A DNA stretch of 64,000 nt from Candidatus Bathyarchaeota archaeon. GTDB taxonomy: Archaea; Thermoproteota; Bathyarchaeia; Bathyarchaeales; Bathycorpusculaceae. The stretch covers positions 160,716-224,715 of the forward strand of contig JAOZIE010000008.1 of NCBI GenBank assembly GCA_026014485.1, written 5' to 3'. The position numbers and the translations under genes were made by a program. Position 1 is the stretch's first letter. Every line of letters begins with the position of its first letter. Of the stretch, positions 38,375 to 48,466 are shown in pieces. A model generated the notes under the pieces. The model searched no databases, had not been told where the DNA came from, and saw nothing but the letters and a program-made list of their open reading frames with translations.

Positions 38375-39742
38375 GTGACATATGGTTTCATGAAGCTTGT
38401 AAAGAAAAAAGGTAACTGCTCATTAGCCGCTTTGGTTATCCTGACAGCGGTACTTTTGAGTGTACCTTTTATTTTAATACCTCAAGCATCAGCACAAACC
38501 AACCCAAACACAGACAACTGGCCAATTTACCGCCATGACGCAGCCCACACAGGCTACTCGGAAACCTCTGCGCCTGCTTCTGCGCCGTTGCTATGGAGCA
38601 GCACAATCGATGCCACCCCCGCATCCACGCCTGCACCTCCCTCTGTGGTCAACGGCTACGTCTATGTTGGCTCAGGTGACAACAACATTTACTGTTTTGA
38701 TGCAGCCACGGGCACAAAAGTGTGGACTTATCCAACTGGCAACTATGTAAGCTGCACACCTGCCGTTGTTGACGGACGCGTTTACGCAGGCTCCGCTGAC
38801 GGAAACATCTACTGTCTGGAAGCCTCCAGCGGAACGATGCTCTGGTCTTTCTCTACGGTTTTACCTGGTCAATCTGGCGGTTCAGGTGTCTCCTCTCCGA
38901 CCGTTGTGGGCGACCGAGTCTACTTTGGACCCTTAAACGACTATGTCTACTGCCTTAACGCAGTTGACGGCGGCATGGTCTGGAATTTCTCTACTGGTTC
39001 CGATACGATAAGCGGTTTTGCTTCTCCTGCGGTTGACGGCGGCTACGTCTACGTCGGCGACAACTCTGACGGCAACGTTTTCTGTCTTAACGCAGCGGAC
39101 GGCTCAAAAGTTTGGAATTACACCGCTGATGGGGCGGTTCGTTCGCCCACAGTGGCAAACGGCAACGTGTATGTGGGTTCAAAAGACGGCAACGCCTACT
39201 GCCTTCGCGCCTCCGACGGCGCTAAAATCTGGAACTACACCACCGAGTACAACAGTGCTGGTCCATCCCACGGCTACCACTGGGGAAACACTGTGTCCGA
39301 CCCTGCTATTGCTTACGGCAACGTGTATGTGGGCTCCTCTAACTTCCTCCTATACTGCCTTGACGCAGCATCGGGCAGCCACATCTGGGACTTCACTGCA
39401 GACGCCCAATTCTACGCTGCATCCACAGTGGCAGATGGATACGTCTTGGCGGGCTCCTACGACGGCTACCTCTACTGCCTGAACGCTTCAGACGGCTCCG
39501 AAGTGTGGAGTTACCCCGCAGGCGAATTCTCCCCCGTCAGCGCAGGCGGCAGCGCAGGTTCAGCCGCAGTTGCAGGCGGAGTAGTCTACGTGGTCGGCAA
39601 CGGCGTACTCTACGCCTTAGGCACACCGACATCAACCACCTCTCCCCCCTCATACGAAAACGTCGTAATCTTTGCGGTGGTGTTCATCGTGGCAGTGGTG
39701 CTTCTGGCGGCGGCTTTACTTCGGTGGAAGCGTAAAGTGTAG
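38375..39742 (+). CDS. Secreted PQQ-like beta-propeller repeat protein with membrane anchor
   Basis: WP.YRHD..HTG, about 8 repeats of SP.V..G.VYVGS.DG..YCL.A..G...W, C-terminal TM. Confidence 0.88.
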   Translation: MTYGFMKLVKKKGNCSLAALVILTAVLLSVPFILIPQASAQTNPNTDNWPIYRHDAAHTGYSETSAPASAPLLWSSTIDATPASTPAPPSVVNGYVYVGSGDNNIYCFDAATGTKVWTYPTGNYVSCTPAVVDGRVYAGSADGNIYCLEASSGTMLWSFSTVLPGQSGGSGVSSPTVVGDRVYFGPLNDYVYCLNAVDGGMVWNFSTGSDTISGFASPAVDGGYVYVGDNSDGNVFCLNAADGSKVWNYTADGAVRSPTVANGNVYVGSKDGNAYCLRASDGAKIWNYTTEYNSAGPSHGYHWGNTVSDPAIAYGNVYVGSSNFLLYCLDAASGSHIWDFTADAQFYAASTVADGYVLAGSYDGYLYCLNASDGSEVWSYPAGEFSPVSAGGSAGSAAVAGGVVYVVGNGVLYALGTPTSTTSPPSYENVVIFAVVFIVAVVLLAAALLRWKRKV

Positions 39743-39744
39743 CC

Positions 39745-41118
39745 CTAGACGGGTCTGAGGTTCCCGAAGGCGTTCTGAACCACTTCGGGCATGGCTGGGT
39801 GAATGTGCATACTGCGGATGATGGATGCGAAGCTGCGGTCTTGGGTGCTCATGGCGTTTATTACTTCCTGAATCAGGATGCTGGCGTCTGGTCCGATGAT
39901 GTGGGCGCCTAGAATTCTGCCTGTATCCTGTTCCACGATGGCTTTCACAAAGCCCGCGGGTTCACCCATCGCCGCGCCCATGGCCGTATCCTTGTAGAGG
40001 GCGGTTCCGACCAGAATTTTGTATCCCTGCCGCTTGGCTTCTGCCTCCTTCAGCCCAACCGACGCGACTTGAGGTTCGCTAAAGACGGCGTGAGGCACCG
40101 CAGAGTAATCCACCGCCACCTTATGGTCGTGGGCGAGGTTGTGCCACGCTATGCCCGCTTCGTAGTTGGCAACATGTTTGAACATGTATTTGCCGATGGC
40201 GTCGCCTAAAGCCCAAATGTTCTTTTTGCTCGTTTCAAGGTACTCGTTGACTTCGATGAAGCCGCGTTCGTCAACTTTCACGCCTGTCCGTTCAGGCTTA
40301 AGCAAATCCGAGTTAGGTGCCCTGCCTGTGGCAACCATAACCGCGTCTGCCGTGAATTCCTTTTGGGAACCATCCGCAAGGTTCTTGGCAACCACCCCCT
40401 TCTCGTTTCCCTTCTGCTTGACCTCCACCGCTTCATATCCCGTGTAGATGTCCATGCGTTTCTGCAGCTCCAGCAGGAGCAGGTCGCTGACTTCAGGCTC
40501 CTCGTTTTTTAGCAGTGTTTGGGGTCTTTGAATGAGCGTGGTTTTGACGCCTATGCCTGAGAAGAAGTGCCCGTACTCGGCGCCTATGTAACCTCCGCCC
40601 AGAATAATAAGGCTTTTAGGCGGCTCTTGCAGTTCCAGCACCGAGTCACTTGTAAGATAAGCTACCGTGTCTAAGCCTTTAACTGGGGGGATTTTGACGC
40701 GGGTGCCGCTGACGATGAAAATCCTGTCTGCCCGCAGGGTTTCCCCGTTTACTTGTAGCGTGTAGTCGCCTGTGAATTCGCCTGTTCCCGTGTACCACCG
40801 AATTTCAGGTGTGGCTTTGACGGCTCGGGCTTGGGCACCTGTATCCTCGTTCACAAGGGCGTGCATGCGGGTCATTATGCTTTTGAAGTCTACAGAGTCC
40901 ACGGAGGCGTTCACGCCCACTTTGCCTGCCTGCCGAATCAGGGTTGCCACGTCTGCGGGGTAGATGAGCATTTTGGAGGGGACGCAGCCGCGGTTGATGC
41001 AGGTGCCGCCCATTGGACCATTATCGATGATGGCAACTTTCAAGCCGCTGTCTACCGCCGCCGAAGCGATAAGCATACCGCTGCCCGTGCCGATTACAAG
41101 TACGTCAAAACGTTCCAT
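39745..41118 (-). CDS. Class I pyridine nucleotide-disulfide oxidoreductase (dihydrolipoamide dehydrogenase-like)
   Basis: GGTCINRGCVPSK, GGGYIG, ATGR.PN, GD, HIHPAMPE. Confidence 0.88.
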   Translation of the reverse strand: MERFDVLVIGTGSGMLIASAAVDSGLKVAIIDNGPMGGTCINRGCVPSKMLIYPADVATLIRQAGKVGVNASVDSVDFKSIMTRMHALVNEDTGAQARAVKATPEIRWYTGTGEFTGDYTLQVNGETLRADRIFIVSGTRVKIPPVKGLDTVAYLTSDSVLELQEPPKSLIILGGGYIGAEYGHFFSGIGVKTTLIQRPQTLLKNEEPEVSDLLLLELQKRMDIYTGYEAVEVKQKGNEKGVVAKNLADGSQKEFTADAVMVATGRAPNSDLLKPERTGVKVDERGFIEVNEYLETSKKNIWALGDAIGKYMFKHVANYEAGIAWHNLAHDHKVAVDYSAVPHAVFSEPQVASVGLKEAEAKRQGYKILVGTALYKDTAMGAAMGEPAGFVKAIVEQDTGRILGAHIIGPDASILIQEVINAMSTQDRSFASIIRSMHIHPAMPEVVQNAFGNLRPV

Positions 41119-41311
41119 AACAAAACCTCAATAGTAGAAATTCGCAGGCGGCGCCAAATAAACCTTTCAATCTCCCGCTACGCCTGTTTTTCAGGTGAGA
41201 AAACGTTGAAGGATTGCTTAGACCCCTCTGTCCTTTTTTCCTTTAAATTCTTGTACTGGAGGCGCGGAAATCTTTTATTTTCCACGTTGCATAATGATAT
41301 CGGGTGATTCT

Positions 41312-41404
41312 GTGGCAGCTAAAAAGAAGGCGGAAGAAGAGAAAAAGAAAAAGGAATACTACACTAAGAAAGAGAAGAAAGCCTCTGAAGTCACAAAGAA
41401 GTAA
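41312..41404 (+). CDS. Lys/Glu-rich microprotein MAAKKKAEEEKKKKEYYTKKEKKASEVTKK (30 aa)
   Basis: GGGTGAT SD, GTG start, upstream CTTTTATTT box; not in the ORF track. Confidence 0.5.
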   Translation: MAAKKKAEEEKKKKEYYTKKEKKASEVTKK

Positions 41405-42173
41405 GTTTTCCTCGTAGGAAAGCGGGGATGCAGCGCGTGTCGGTGACGGGGTTAAACTTCTCTACTTCATTTTTCTGTAGCGGCAATGCAACTCGGGACA
41501 CCATGCCGTGTAGGCTGTAGGGTAAACGGATAAACCGCATTTCCCCCGCAGTCACCCAAGCGTCCACCTCAAAGCCGCGGTTTTTCACTGTTTCCGCCAG
41601 TTCACTTCTCTGCTTGGTCGTTAGGCTGTAGGCTTCTTGGTCTAAGACGTGGATATGAAAGCCCCTGCCTGAATAGACAACTCGTAAATCCGAAAACTGC
41701 CGCTCCAAGTACTCGTATAAGCCCCGCGTCTGCTGTTTAGCCAGTTCTAGCTCGATGGTGCAGAAGCTTAAGCCTTGATGCCGCTTCATCTTGTCGGCTA
41801 AGGTGCCGTGGATTGGGCAAGTTATGTTTTCTGGGTCAACGTCGAAGGCCAGCTCCTGTCCCTCTGCGCGGTCATCTTCCAAGTAGACGTTGCGGTCGTA
41901 GTAGACGGCTTCAGGCAGAAACTCGATTACCTGCGCCCTTATCTCCTCTAAGTTGGTGTATTCGTCGATGATTATGGTGGTGTCTGCGTCTTCGCGGTAG
42001 GCTTGCGGGAAAATCTTTGTGTGTATGCCTATGATGACGGCGAACTTGGTTTTGCCTCTGCGCATTTGGAGCCACGAGGCAACTTTTTCGAGGGCAAACT
42101 CTGAAGTGTAAAACTCTTTGCGCTCCTCAAGAGTAGCCGGACGCATACCTGCCGGCAAGTAGAATTCTGCCAT
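41391..42173 (-). CDS. Short archaeo-eukaryotic primase (PriS-like) protein
   Basis: ELAFDVD, VVYSGRGFHIH, RFIRLPYSLHG; start reassigned to ATG 42173. Confidence 0.82.
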   Translation of the reverse strand: MAEFYLPAGMRPATLEERKEFYTSEFALEKVASWLQMRRGKTKFAVIIGIHTKIFPQAYREDADTTIIIDEYTNLEEIRAQVIEFLPEAVYYDRNVYLEDDRAEGQELAFDVDPENITCPIHGTLADKMKRHQGLSFCTIELELAKQQTRGLYEYLERQFSDLRVVYSGRGFHIHVLDQEAYSLTTKQRSELAETVKNRGFEVDAWVTAGEMRFIRLPYSLHGMVSRVALPLQKNEVEKFNPVTDTRCIPAFLRGKLTSL

Positions 42174-42306
42174 ACAACTCAATACAGTAATAGGTGCGTA
42201 TCCAAAAAACACTTCGCATGCCTACTCATATTTGACATTCAGCATCAGGCTTTCATAAAGCTTATATGACAATTCCGAAAAGACACTTCTCTTCAAGTGA
42301 AATAAA

Positions 42307-42540
42307 ATGAATAACCTGCTCAAAGTTATAATCACGGGCGCAGTAGCCGCAGTAGTCACCTTCTTCGCCTTGATTTTGTCAGGGTTAGGCACAACTGGAC
42401 TGGCGAATTCTGAAGGCAACTGGGTAAGCCTGACCACTGTGAACCTTGGCGTTAACGAATTTGGGTTTCTGATGGTTTTCGCCGTGTTCGCAGCAGTCGC
42501 CATCACAGGCTACGCACTCAACGCCCTAGACAAAAAATAA
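42307..42540 (+). CDS. Small two-TM membrane protein
   Basis: 77-aa ORF with two hydrophobic segments and its own upstream AT-rich box. Confidence 0.6.
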   Translation: MNNLLKVIITGAVAAVVTFFALILSGLGTTGLANSEGNWVSLTTVNLGVNEFGFLMVFAVFAAVAITGYALNALDKK

Positions 42541-42627
42541 AAAACGCCGCAAAGCCCTCAAAACCCCTTTTTTGTTAACAAGCCTACTGGCAGAAAGGCT
42601 TAATATTCTAGAAATTCCAAAAGTAGA

Positions 42628-42945
42628 GTGGTGAATTTTTTGCCGATAGACCCTGATTTTCAAACTAAACGAAAAGTTGTAGGCGAACATAACGGACATA
42701 AAGTCTGGGGTACACCTGAAGAAGGCACGTTGGGTATCCATGGAACTAACGTTGCCGTAGACTGGGACATATGCGTCGGAGACGGCGTATGCATTGATGT
42801 CTGCCCCATGGCCCTTTATGAGTGGGCTGAAACGCCAAGCGGGGATAAACGGTCTGACCCTGTGCGGGAAGCTGACTGCATTCAATGCTTAGCCTGCGAA
42901 ACCCAGTGCCCCACCCAAGCCATAAAAATCACTCCCCCACCCTGA
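42628..42945 (+). CDS. Zinc-containing ferredoxin (Zfx type)
   Basis: IDPDF...EHNGHKVWG...LGIHGT.VAVDWD.C..DG.C..VCP and second CxxCxxCxxxCP. Confidence 0.88.
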   Translation: MVNFLPIDPDFQTKRKVVGEHNGHKVWGTPEEGTLGIHGTNVAVDWDICVGDGVCIDVCPMALYEWAETPSGDKRSDPVREADCIQCLACETQCPTQAIKITPPP

Positions 42946-43051
42946 GCCGTTTTGGGCGTTGCGGCTTTTGCGCCTTCTATTCTTTCTTTTTTAAAAATTG
43001 ATTATTCGGGTTATCGTTAGAAACTAAAGAAAAAAGATGTGGGTTGTTGTT

Positions 43052-43672
43052 TTATTTTATCATTGCGCAGACTTTGTTAGCGTAGTCCCAGTTGACGACG
43101 TTCCAGAAGCCGTCGACGAATTTGCCGCGGTTGTTTTTGTAGTCCATGTAGTAGGCGTGTTCCCAAACGTCCAGTGCCAGTATGATGCGGAATCCGGGGT
43201 AAACGTTGATGTTGTGCTTTTCAATTTGCATAATTAGGGGTCTGGCGACGCATTCCTGCATGGCTAAAACTGCCCAGCCTGAGCCTTCCACGCTGTTGGC
43301 TGCCTTTGTGAACTCCATTTTGAACCGTTCGAAGCTGCCGAACTCCTTGTTTATGAGGTCAGCTATTGCTCCGCTTGGGTTACCTCCGCCTTTGCCTGTT
43401 GGTGCCATGCAATCCCAGAATGTGCTGTGTAGTATGTGGCCGCCGATGTGGAAAGAAAGCTCCTTCAAAGTGGACTTTATGTCTATTTCCACGTTGTCTT
43501 TTCGGGCTTTATCCAGCTTCTCAAAGATGGCGTTAGCGCCGTTTACGTATCCTTGGTGGTGTTTGTCGTGGTGCAGCTTTAGCTGTTCCTCGGACATGTA
43601 GGGTGCTAAAGCGTTGTAGTCGTATTGAAGTTTGGGTAGACTAAAAGATTTTACTCCTTCTGCTTTACTCAT
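43052..43672 (-). CDS. sod: Fe/Mn superoxide dismutase
   Basis: LHHDKHH..YV, GGHILH..FW, GSGW, DVWEHAYY; start reassigned to ATG 43672. Confidence 0.95.
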   Translation of the reverse strand: MSKAEGVKSFSLPKLQYDYNALAPYMSEEQLKLHHDKHHQGYVNGANAIFEKLDKARKDNVEIDIKSTLKELSFHIGGHILHSTFWDCMAPTGKGGGNPSGAIADLINKEFGSFERFKMEFTKAANSVEGSGWAVLAMQECVARPLIMQIEKHNINVYPGFRIILALDVWEHAYYMDYKNNRGKFVDGFWNVVNWDYANKVCAMIK

Positions 43673-43866
43673 TAAAATATGCTCCATTTTGCTCACCAGA
43701 AGCAATGACTCAAAATGTGATTCTTACCTAATATACTTTTGTTGTCTCCAAATTACCTCTGCCTCGTGACATTTGCTTTAGTTCCAGCGAGAAATTCAAT
43801 CAAGTGTCCAGTTCAGCAGAGCTTATAACTAACCAGCGAATAATACTTTTCAGGAGAAATTCTGCG

Positions 43867-44370
43867 ATGACTAAAACTGATGAAAACCTGAAATCAGCTT
43901 TCGCGGGCGAATCTCAAGCCAACCGGAAATACCTTGCTTTCGCACAGAAAGCGGAAAAAGAAGGCTTCACGCAAGCTGCTAAACTTTTCCGAGCGGCAGC
44001 CGAAGCTGAAACCATTCACGCCCTAAACCACCTAGGCATAAGGGATGAAATTGAATCCACCTTGGAAAATTTGGACGCGGCTTTGGGCGGTGAAACCTTC
44101 GAGTTCACCAAAATGTACCCTGAGTACTTGGAGGTTGCAAAGCAAGAGGGAAACAAGCAGGCACTGTGGAGTTTTGATGTCGCCAACAAAGTTGAACAGG
44201 TACACGCTAATCTCTTCCAGAAAGCAATCGACGCCCTAAAAGCCAAGAAGGAACTGGAGAAAGTCGACTACTACGTGTGCGGCACCTGCGGAAACACCGT
44301 TGAAGGGGAACCACCAGAGAAATGCCCCATATGCGGCGCTCCCCAAGAGAAATTCTTCAAGCCCTCTTAA
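43867..44370 (+). CDS. rbr: Rubrerythrin
   Basis: NL..AFAGESQA, AETIHA, GE..E...MY, EQVH, C-terminal CGTCG...CPICG; start ATG 43867. Confidence 0.92.
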   Translation: MTKTDENLKSAFAGESQANRKYLAFAQKAEKEGFTQAAKLFRAAAEAETIHALNHLGIRDEIESTLENLDAALGGETFEFTKMYPEYLEVAKQEGNKQALWSFDVANKVEQVHANLFQKAIDALKAKKELEKVDYYVCGTCGNTVEGEPPEKCPICGAPQEKFFKPS

Positions 44371-44539
44371 CTACCCAACTCTCAACCTTCTACACCCTTT
44401 TTGAGAACTACCTTTCCAAGTACGTTTTCTCCAAAAGTTTTTCTAGACTAAAAAGGGTTACAAATAGGTAGCAACGAAAAGAATTTTTGGTCTTAAAGTA
44501 AAGGGAAAACGAAAATTTTAGGTGGAAAGAAAGAGCTGA

Positions 44540-45772
44540 TTAGCGGCAGTTGGCTTTGTCTTCTTGCGGAAGCAGTTTTTGTTCGCGCAGGATTTTCTTG
44601 AATTCTTCCTCTTTCAAAGAGGCTCTCCTGCCGTTAGCATAAACTTTCTTGACTTGTTCCACTACTGCAGCGCTTTGTTCTTCGGTTGGCTCTTTGCCTG
44701 TTAAATCCGCGATTTTGTGGTTTATGCCGCTTTTTCCTGATTGTTTGCCGATTGTTAAGCGTCGTGTGTTGCCTACTAGTTCTGGTGGATAAGGCTCGTA
44801 AGTCCAAGAGTTGTTTAACACGCCGTGCATGTGGATGCCTGATTCATGTGCAAATCCGTAGTCGCCAACGATGGCTTTGTTTGGCGGAATCACGTAGCCT
44901 GTGGCTTTGCCGATGAAGTCCGCGGTCTCTTTTATCATCTTTGTTTTCCCTTTATACTTCATGACGCCATGATGCATGTACAGGTTCAGCAGAACCTTTT
45001 CGGTTTCAGCGTTTCCAGCGCGTTCACCAATGCCCAGATACGTTGTGCTCACGTAGATTTTGTCCCAGACACCTGACGCTGCACGAACCGCCGCCATAGA
45101 GTTCTCCACTGCATTTCCGAAGTCGTCATGTGCATGTATCTCCAAAGCTTTAATCCGCGTTTGCCTAAGCGCCTTAACCTTGGCTGGAATCCCATTCGTC
45201 ACAGGCGCACAAGGGTCTGAAAGCCCAATGCCCACTGTATCGCAGATGCGGTAGCATTCCGCGCCTGCATCAGCAACCGCGTTCACCCACTTCTTCTCAA
45301 ACTCCCAGTCCGCACGTGTGCTGTCTTCGCCGTGAACAAACACCCGCAAGCCATGATCCTTCGCAGCATACTCCACCACATCCACGACGTTTGCTAAAAG
45401 CTCGTCAGCTGTTTTGTCTGGCCACTTTGCCTCGAAATGAATGTGGGACACAGGGTGAGAAATGCCGACTTCGCTGAATCCGAGATCAAGGGCGTTGTCT
45501 ATGTCTGCTCGAACAGCGCGGCACCAACCAGCAACGCGACAGGGTAACTTTAATTTGTGGATAAGTTTGGCTGCCTTTTTGTCTGGCTCCTGATAATGGA
45601 AAACCTCCAGCCGCTCTACACCTAACTCGCAAAGGCGCTCCGCGATTTTGGCGGCGTCTTCAGGACCTACTGCTAAGCCCGGCATCTGGATGCCGTCTCG
45701 GAGCGTGGTGTCGTCTATGATTGGCTCCGTTTTTAGATGGGGCATTTTGAAATAAAATTCTTCTAACTGCAT
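44540..45772 (-). CDS. DRE-TIM synthase (homocitrate / Re-citrate / isopropylmalate synthase family) without regulatory domain
   Basis: DTTLRDG.Q, HAHDDFG, GIGERAGN, FAHESGIH, GKQSG. Confidence 0.8.
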   Translation of the reverse strand: MQLEEFYFKMPHLKTEPIIDDTTLRDGIQMPGLAVGPEDAAKIAERLCELGVERLEVFHYQEPDKKAAKLIHKLKLPCRVAGWCRAVRADIDNALDLGFSEVGISHPVSHIHFEAKWPDKTADELLANVVDVVEYAAKDHGLRVFVHGEDSTRADWEFEKKWVNAVADAGAECYRICDTVGIGLSDPCAPVTNGIPAKVKALRQTRIKALEIHAHDDFGNAVENSMAAVRAASGVWDKIYVSTTYLGIGERAGNAETEKVLLNLYMHHGVMKYKGKTKMIKETADFIGKATGYVIPPNKAIVGDYGFAHESGIHMHGVLNNSWTYEPYPPELVGNTRRLTIGKQSGKSGINHKIADLTGKEPTEEQSAAVVEQVKKVYANGRRASLKEEEFKKILREQKLLPQEDKANCR

Positions 45773-46008
45773 TTTTTTACGACTCTGTTTGATTTTTTTA
45801 TGGTTGCCTGTTATTATGTAATGTTTATTTACTGCAAGTTAGTCGTTGATAAATGTTTCTGCAACTTTTCTGTAAGTTTGTCCAAGAAAACGTGGCCTAT
45901 GTTATGGGTGGGCTTGTCTTAATTCACCTAAAAACTTTATACAGCAACAAAACAAAAACAAACATTCAACAACAATACCCGCAGAAAACAACAAAAACAA
46001 ACCACAAA

Positions 46009-46329
46009 CTAACCCTGCACTTTCTTACGCAGAGCCTTAATCGTTCCCGAAACAGCCACAACATGCACCGCAGCTTCCCTGCCCACAAGCGAAGTAACCG
46101 TCGCCAAAGCCGCACGCACATTATCCACCACTTTCAAATTAACCCGCAAAACTGCCCTCTTCGCCTCAGCGTCAAAGCTAATCAAAGCTAAACCAGCCAA
46201 ACTCGCCCCACATTCGCCAAACAACCGCGTCACCGCACCCCAAACGGCATCCAAAAACTCTCGTTCCGTGGGCACAACAGAAACCTCAAGCTGCAAAGCC
46301 AAATAACGCCTTTTTATCCGTTTCAACAA
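46009..46329 (-). CDS. rnp2: RNase P protein Pop5/Rpp14
   Basis: KRRYL, LFGE.G, VSGTIK. Confidence 0.9.
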   Translation of the reverse strand: MLKRIKRRYLALQLEVSVVPTEREFLDAVWGAVTRLFGECGASLAGLALISFDAEAKRAVLRVNLKVVDNVRAALATVTSLVGREAAVHVVAVSGTIKALRKKVQG

Positions 46330-47057
46330 TCCCCACCCCGCCTAACCAAACGGATTCCCGGAGCAACAAAACCGCTTTCCAGCTTTTTACGGTTGCGCTC
46401 AACCAGTCCAACTGGATTTGTGGAAACGGCATCCAACAGCGAACCGGTGGGTGCGCCGAAAAGCAACGCCAAAAGAGCCATCTCACGGGGTCTGCGCAAA
46501 AGTAGCATCTGTGAGACACCGCTGGAAATTACAACAGGAACATGAAACTCCAAAGCCAACGCAACTTCCCTACGCAGGCAAGACAAAAACCGTACCCGCG
46601 CTGGTCCCTCCAAAACCAACAGGGGCTTGACATCCACCTCCAACCCTGCCACGCCCCCAGTAGCCAACTCCGCTTCCGCTCGGTCAAAAAATCTGTGTCG
46701 ATAATCCAGTAGCGGAAAGTTTAGTAAGTCAACTCTGCGGTCTTTGGCGGCTTGTCTTGAAACCTCTTTGTTTTCGCACAGCACACAAACCACTTCGAAT
46801 TTTCTCCGAAGCCTCCGCAGAGAACTCAAAAGGTCATTTTGTGACCTAGGCTGCAAATCTACCCGTGAAGCCAAATCCACGCCAAAATCCGCGAAGACCG
46901 CTTTAAGCTGACGAATTTCTTGGGCTTTAGTTTCCGTTGCAAACGGCGCCGCCACCAGTTTATAGCCGAGTTCCGCAGCTTTACAGGCAAACTTTGCCGC
47001 TTGATTTGGGTCTTTGCTGTTTAGGCGCAAGTGTAAGTCTGCAAAAGTTCGTTTCAT
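46323..47057 (-). CDS. rnp3: RNase P protein Rpp30
   Basis: DLHL, R.A..DRRVDLL, VVISSG...LRRPRE; operon context. Confidence 0.88.
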   Translation of the reverse strand: MKRTFADLHLRLNSKDPNQAAKFACKAAELGYKLVAAPFATETKAQEIRQLKAVFADFGVDLASRVDLQPRSQNDLLSSLRRLRRKFEVVCVLCENKEVSRQAAKDRRVDLLNFPLLDYRHRFFDRAEAELATGGVAGLEVDVKPLLVLEGPARVRFLSCLRREVALALEFHVPVVISSGVSQMLLLRRPREMALLALLFGAPTGSLLDAVSTNPVGLVERNRKKLESGFVAPGIRLVRRGGDC

Positions 47058-47527
47058 GGCAGAAGACCAGCTTGCCCGCAGAGTTCCATGATTTGCTGGG
47101 GGGTCTTGTTTTTGAAGTGGATTTTAAAGTGAATGGGGTCGTTAGAGGAAACCTTCACTTTGCCCAGAGCGGCGCTTTGCTTGTCTAGCCGCAGGTACAG
47201 GTTATGCTTTTCTATATGCTGCTTCAACTCATCAGCAAACTGCTCTTTATCTAATGAGTTCAGTGCTGCCCCGATTTTCTCTAAAAACGAAGGCAGCGCT
47301 GTTCTATCTGTGAGTTTAGCTTGCGAAAGAACAATGGGGTTGCCATGGTGCCCCATACAGCTTGTTTGGGTAAAGCTGACTTCAGCAGCTAACGCTTCAG
47401 GTAGAGTGTTGCGTACAGCAGTTTCCACTTTGGTTTGGTCTTCGGTGGCGTGACTAAAAACCCGAATCTCTATGTAACCGATTGGAGATTTAGAGGAAGA
47501 AGAAGGAAACAAATTGGGACACCGCAC
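47054..47527 (-). CDS. DUF54-type RNA-binding protein
   Basis: HATED..KV, GHHGNPI, LYLRLDKQ. Confidence 0.85.
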   Translation of the reverse strand: MRCPNLFPSSSSKSPIGYIEIRVFSHATEDQTKVETAVRNTLPEALAAEVSFTQTSCMGHHGNPIVLSQAKLTDRTALPSFLEKIGAALNSLDKEQFADELKQHIEKHNLYLRLDKQSAALGKVKVSSNDPIHFKIHFKNKTPQQIMELCGQAGLLP

Positions 47528-47547
47528 ATTTCGGATAATGGCGGCTT

Positions 47548-47790
47548 CTAGTTTTTAGATTTTTTCTTACTTCCGCCAGTTACAGCTTTCGCGGGGGCAT
47601 TTTTCATGTGCGCTTTGAGGCATTCAACGTTTGCTTCGTGGCTGCTTTTCCGTTTGCGGTCAATTGGAATGCTGAGTTTACGTGCGCTGCCCGCGTCTAA
47701 CCCTGCCTCTTTGATTTCGTCAGGGCTAAAGCCTCTCCCTGGCCGTTTCTTGCCAGTTTGGGCAGTAATTATGGGTTTTATGTGGTGCAT
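47548..47790 (-). CDS. rpl13e: 50S ribosomal protein L13e
   Basis: GRGFS..E.KEAGL....A..L.IPID..RKS.H..NV. Confidence 0.9.
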   Translation of the reverse strand: MHHIKPIITAQTGKKRPGRGFSPDEIKEAGLDAGSARKLSIPIDRKRKSSHEANVECLKAHMKNAPAKAVTGGSKKKSKN

Positions 47791-48374
47791 TACTGGTGCA
47801 CTCCCTTATGACCGAATTTGCGGCTTGGTCTTGCTTTCTCTGCGCCTTTACCTCGTTTGTGTAAGCCTCTCACGTTTTTGCCTGCGCTGGTTAAGCTTCT
47901 AAATGCGCGCCGCTTGTGCTGCTTCTCCGTTATCCAGCCGATGTCTTTGTCTGACTTGATTGCTGGGTGACTTGTGTCAACAAGTATGACTTCGAACCAT
48001 TTGCTGCGTCCATCTTCGCCGACCCAATAGCTGTTCAGAACTTCCGTGTTTGGGAACTTGCGTGCTGCCCGTTCCTCTGCGATGAGTTTGAGGCTCTTGG
48101 CTGGCTTGAACTGCTTGACACCCATGCGTTTGGGTCTGCGTCCTGAGACTGGTCGAATTTTTCGTAGGTTGCCTCTTCGAACTTTAACGCGTGCAATTAC
48201 GAAGCCTTGTTTGGCTTTGTATCCGAGTTTTCTGGCTCGGTCAAGCCTGAGAGGTTTTTCAACACGGACTATTGTGTGTTCTTTGCGCCATTGGATTAGA
48301 CGTTGGCGCATAAGCTCGTCAACGAAGCTTTTTTCAGGGTTTGCCCATTCTGCGGCTATGTATTTGTATGCCAT
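47790..48374 (-). CDS. rpl15e: 50S ribosomal protein L15e
   Basis: [48 protein letters not shown]. Confidence 0.97.
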   Translation of the reverse strand: MAYKYIAAEWANPEKSFVDELMRQRLIQWRKEHTIVRVEKPLRLDRARKLGYKAKQGFVIARVKVRRGNLRKIRPVSGRRPKRMGVKQFKPAKSLKLIAEERAARKFPNTEVLNSYWVGEDGRSKWFEVILVDTSHPAIKSDKDIGWITEKQHKRRAFRSLTSAGKNVRGLHKRGKGAEKARPSRKFGHKGVHQ

Positions 48375-48414
48375 TTCAAGTTATCTCCTAACATGTGTTT
48401 GTGTTTGCGGTTTT

Positions 48415-48466
48415 ACGGTTCAGCCCTCAAGGGGCCACATCCCAACGGACACTGTGTTCCGTCAAC
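48415..48466 (-). promoter_or_regulatory. Structured 5' leader of rpl15e (candidate ribosomal leader)
   Basis: Hairpins GACGGA..TCCGTT and GG-GATGTG-GCCC-CTTGA-GGGC-TGA-ACC between a TATA-like box (about 48495-48502) and the start codon. Confidence 0.5.

Noticed and set aside
45853..46191. 112-aa + strand ORF with an A/C-rich low-complexity tract
   Set aside because: It corresponds to the T/G-rich terminator region and antisense of rnp2 on the minus strand, with no protein-like features
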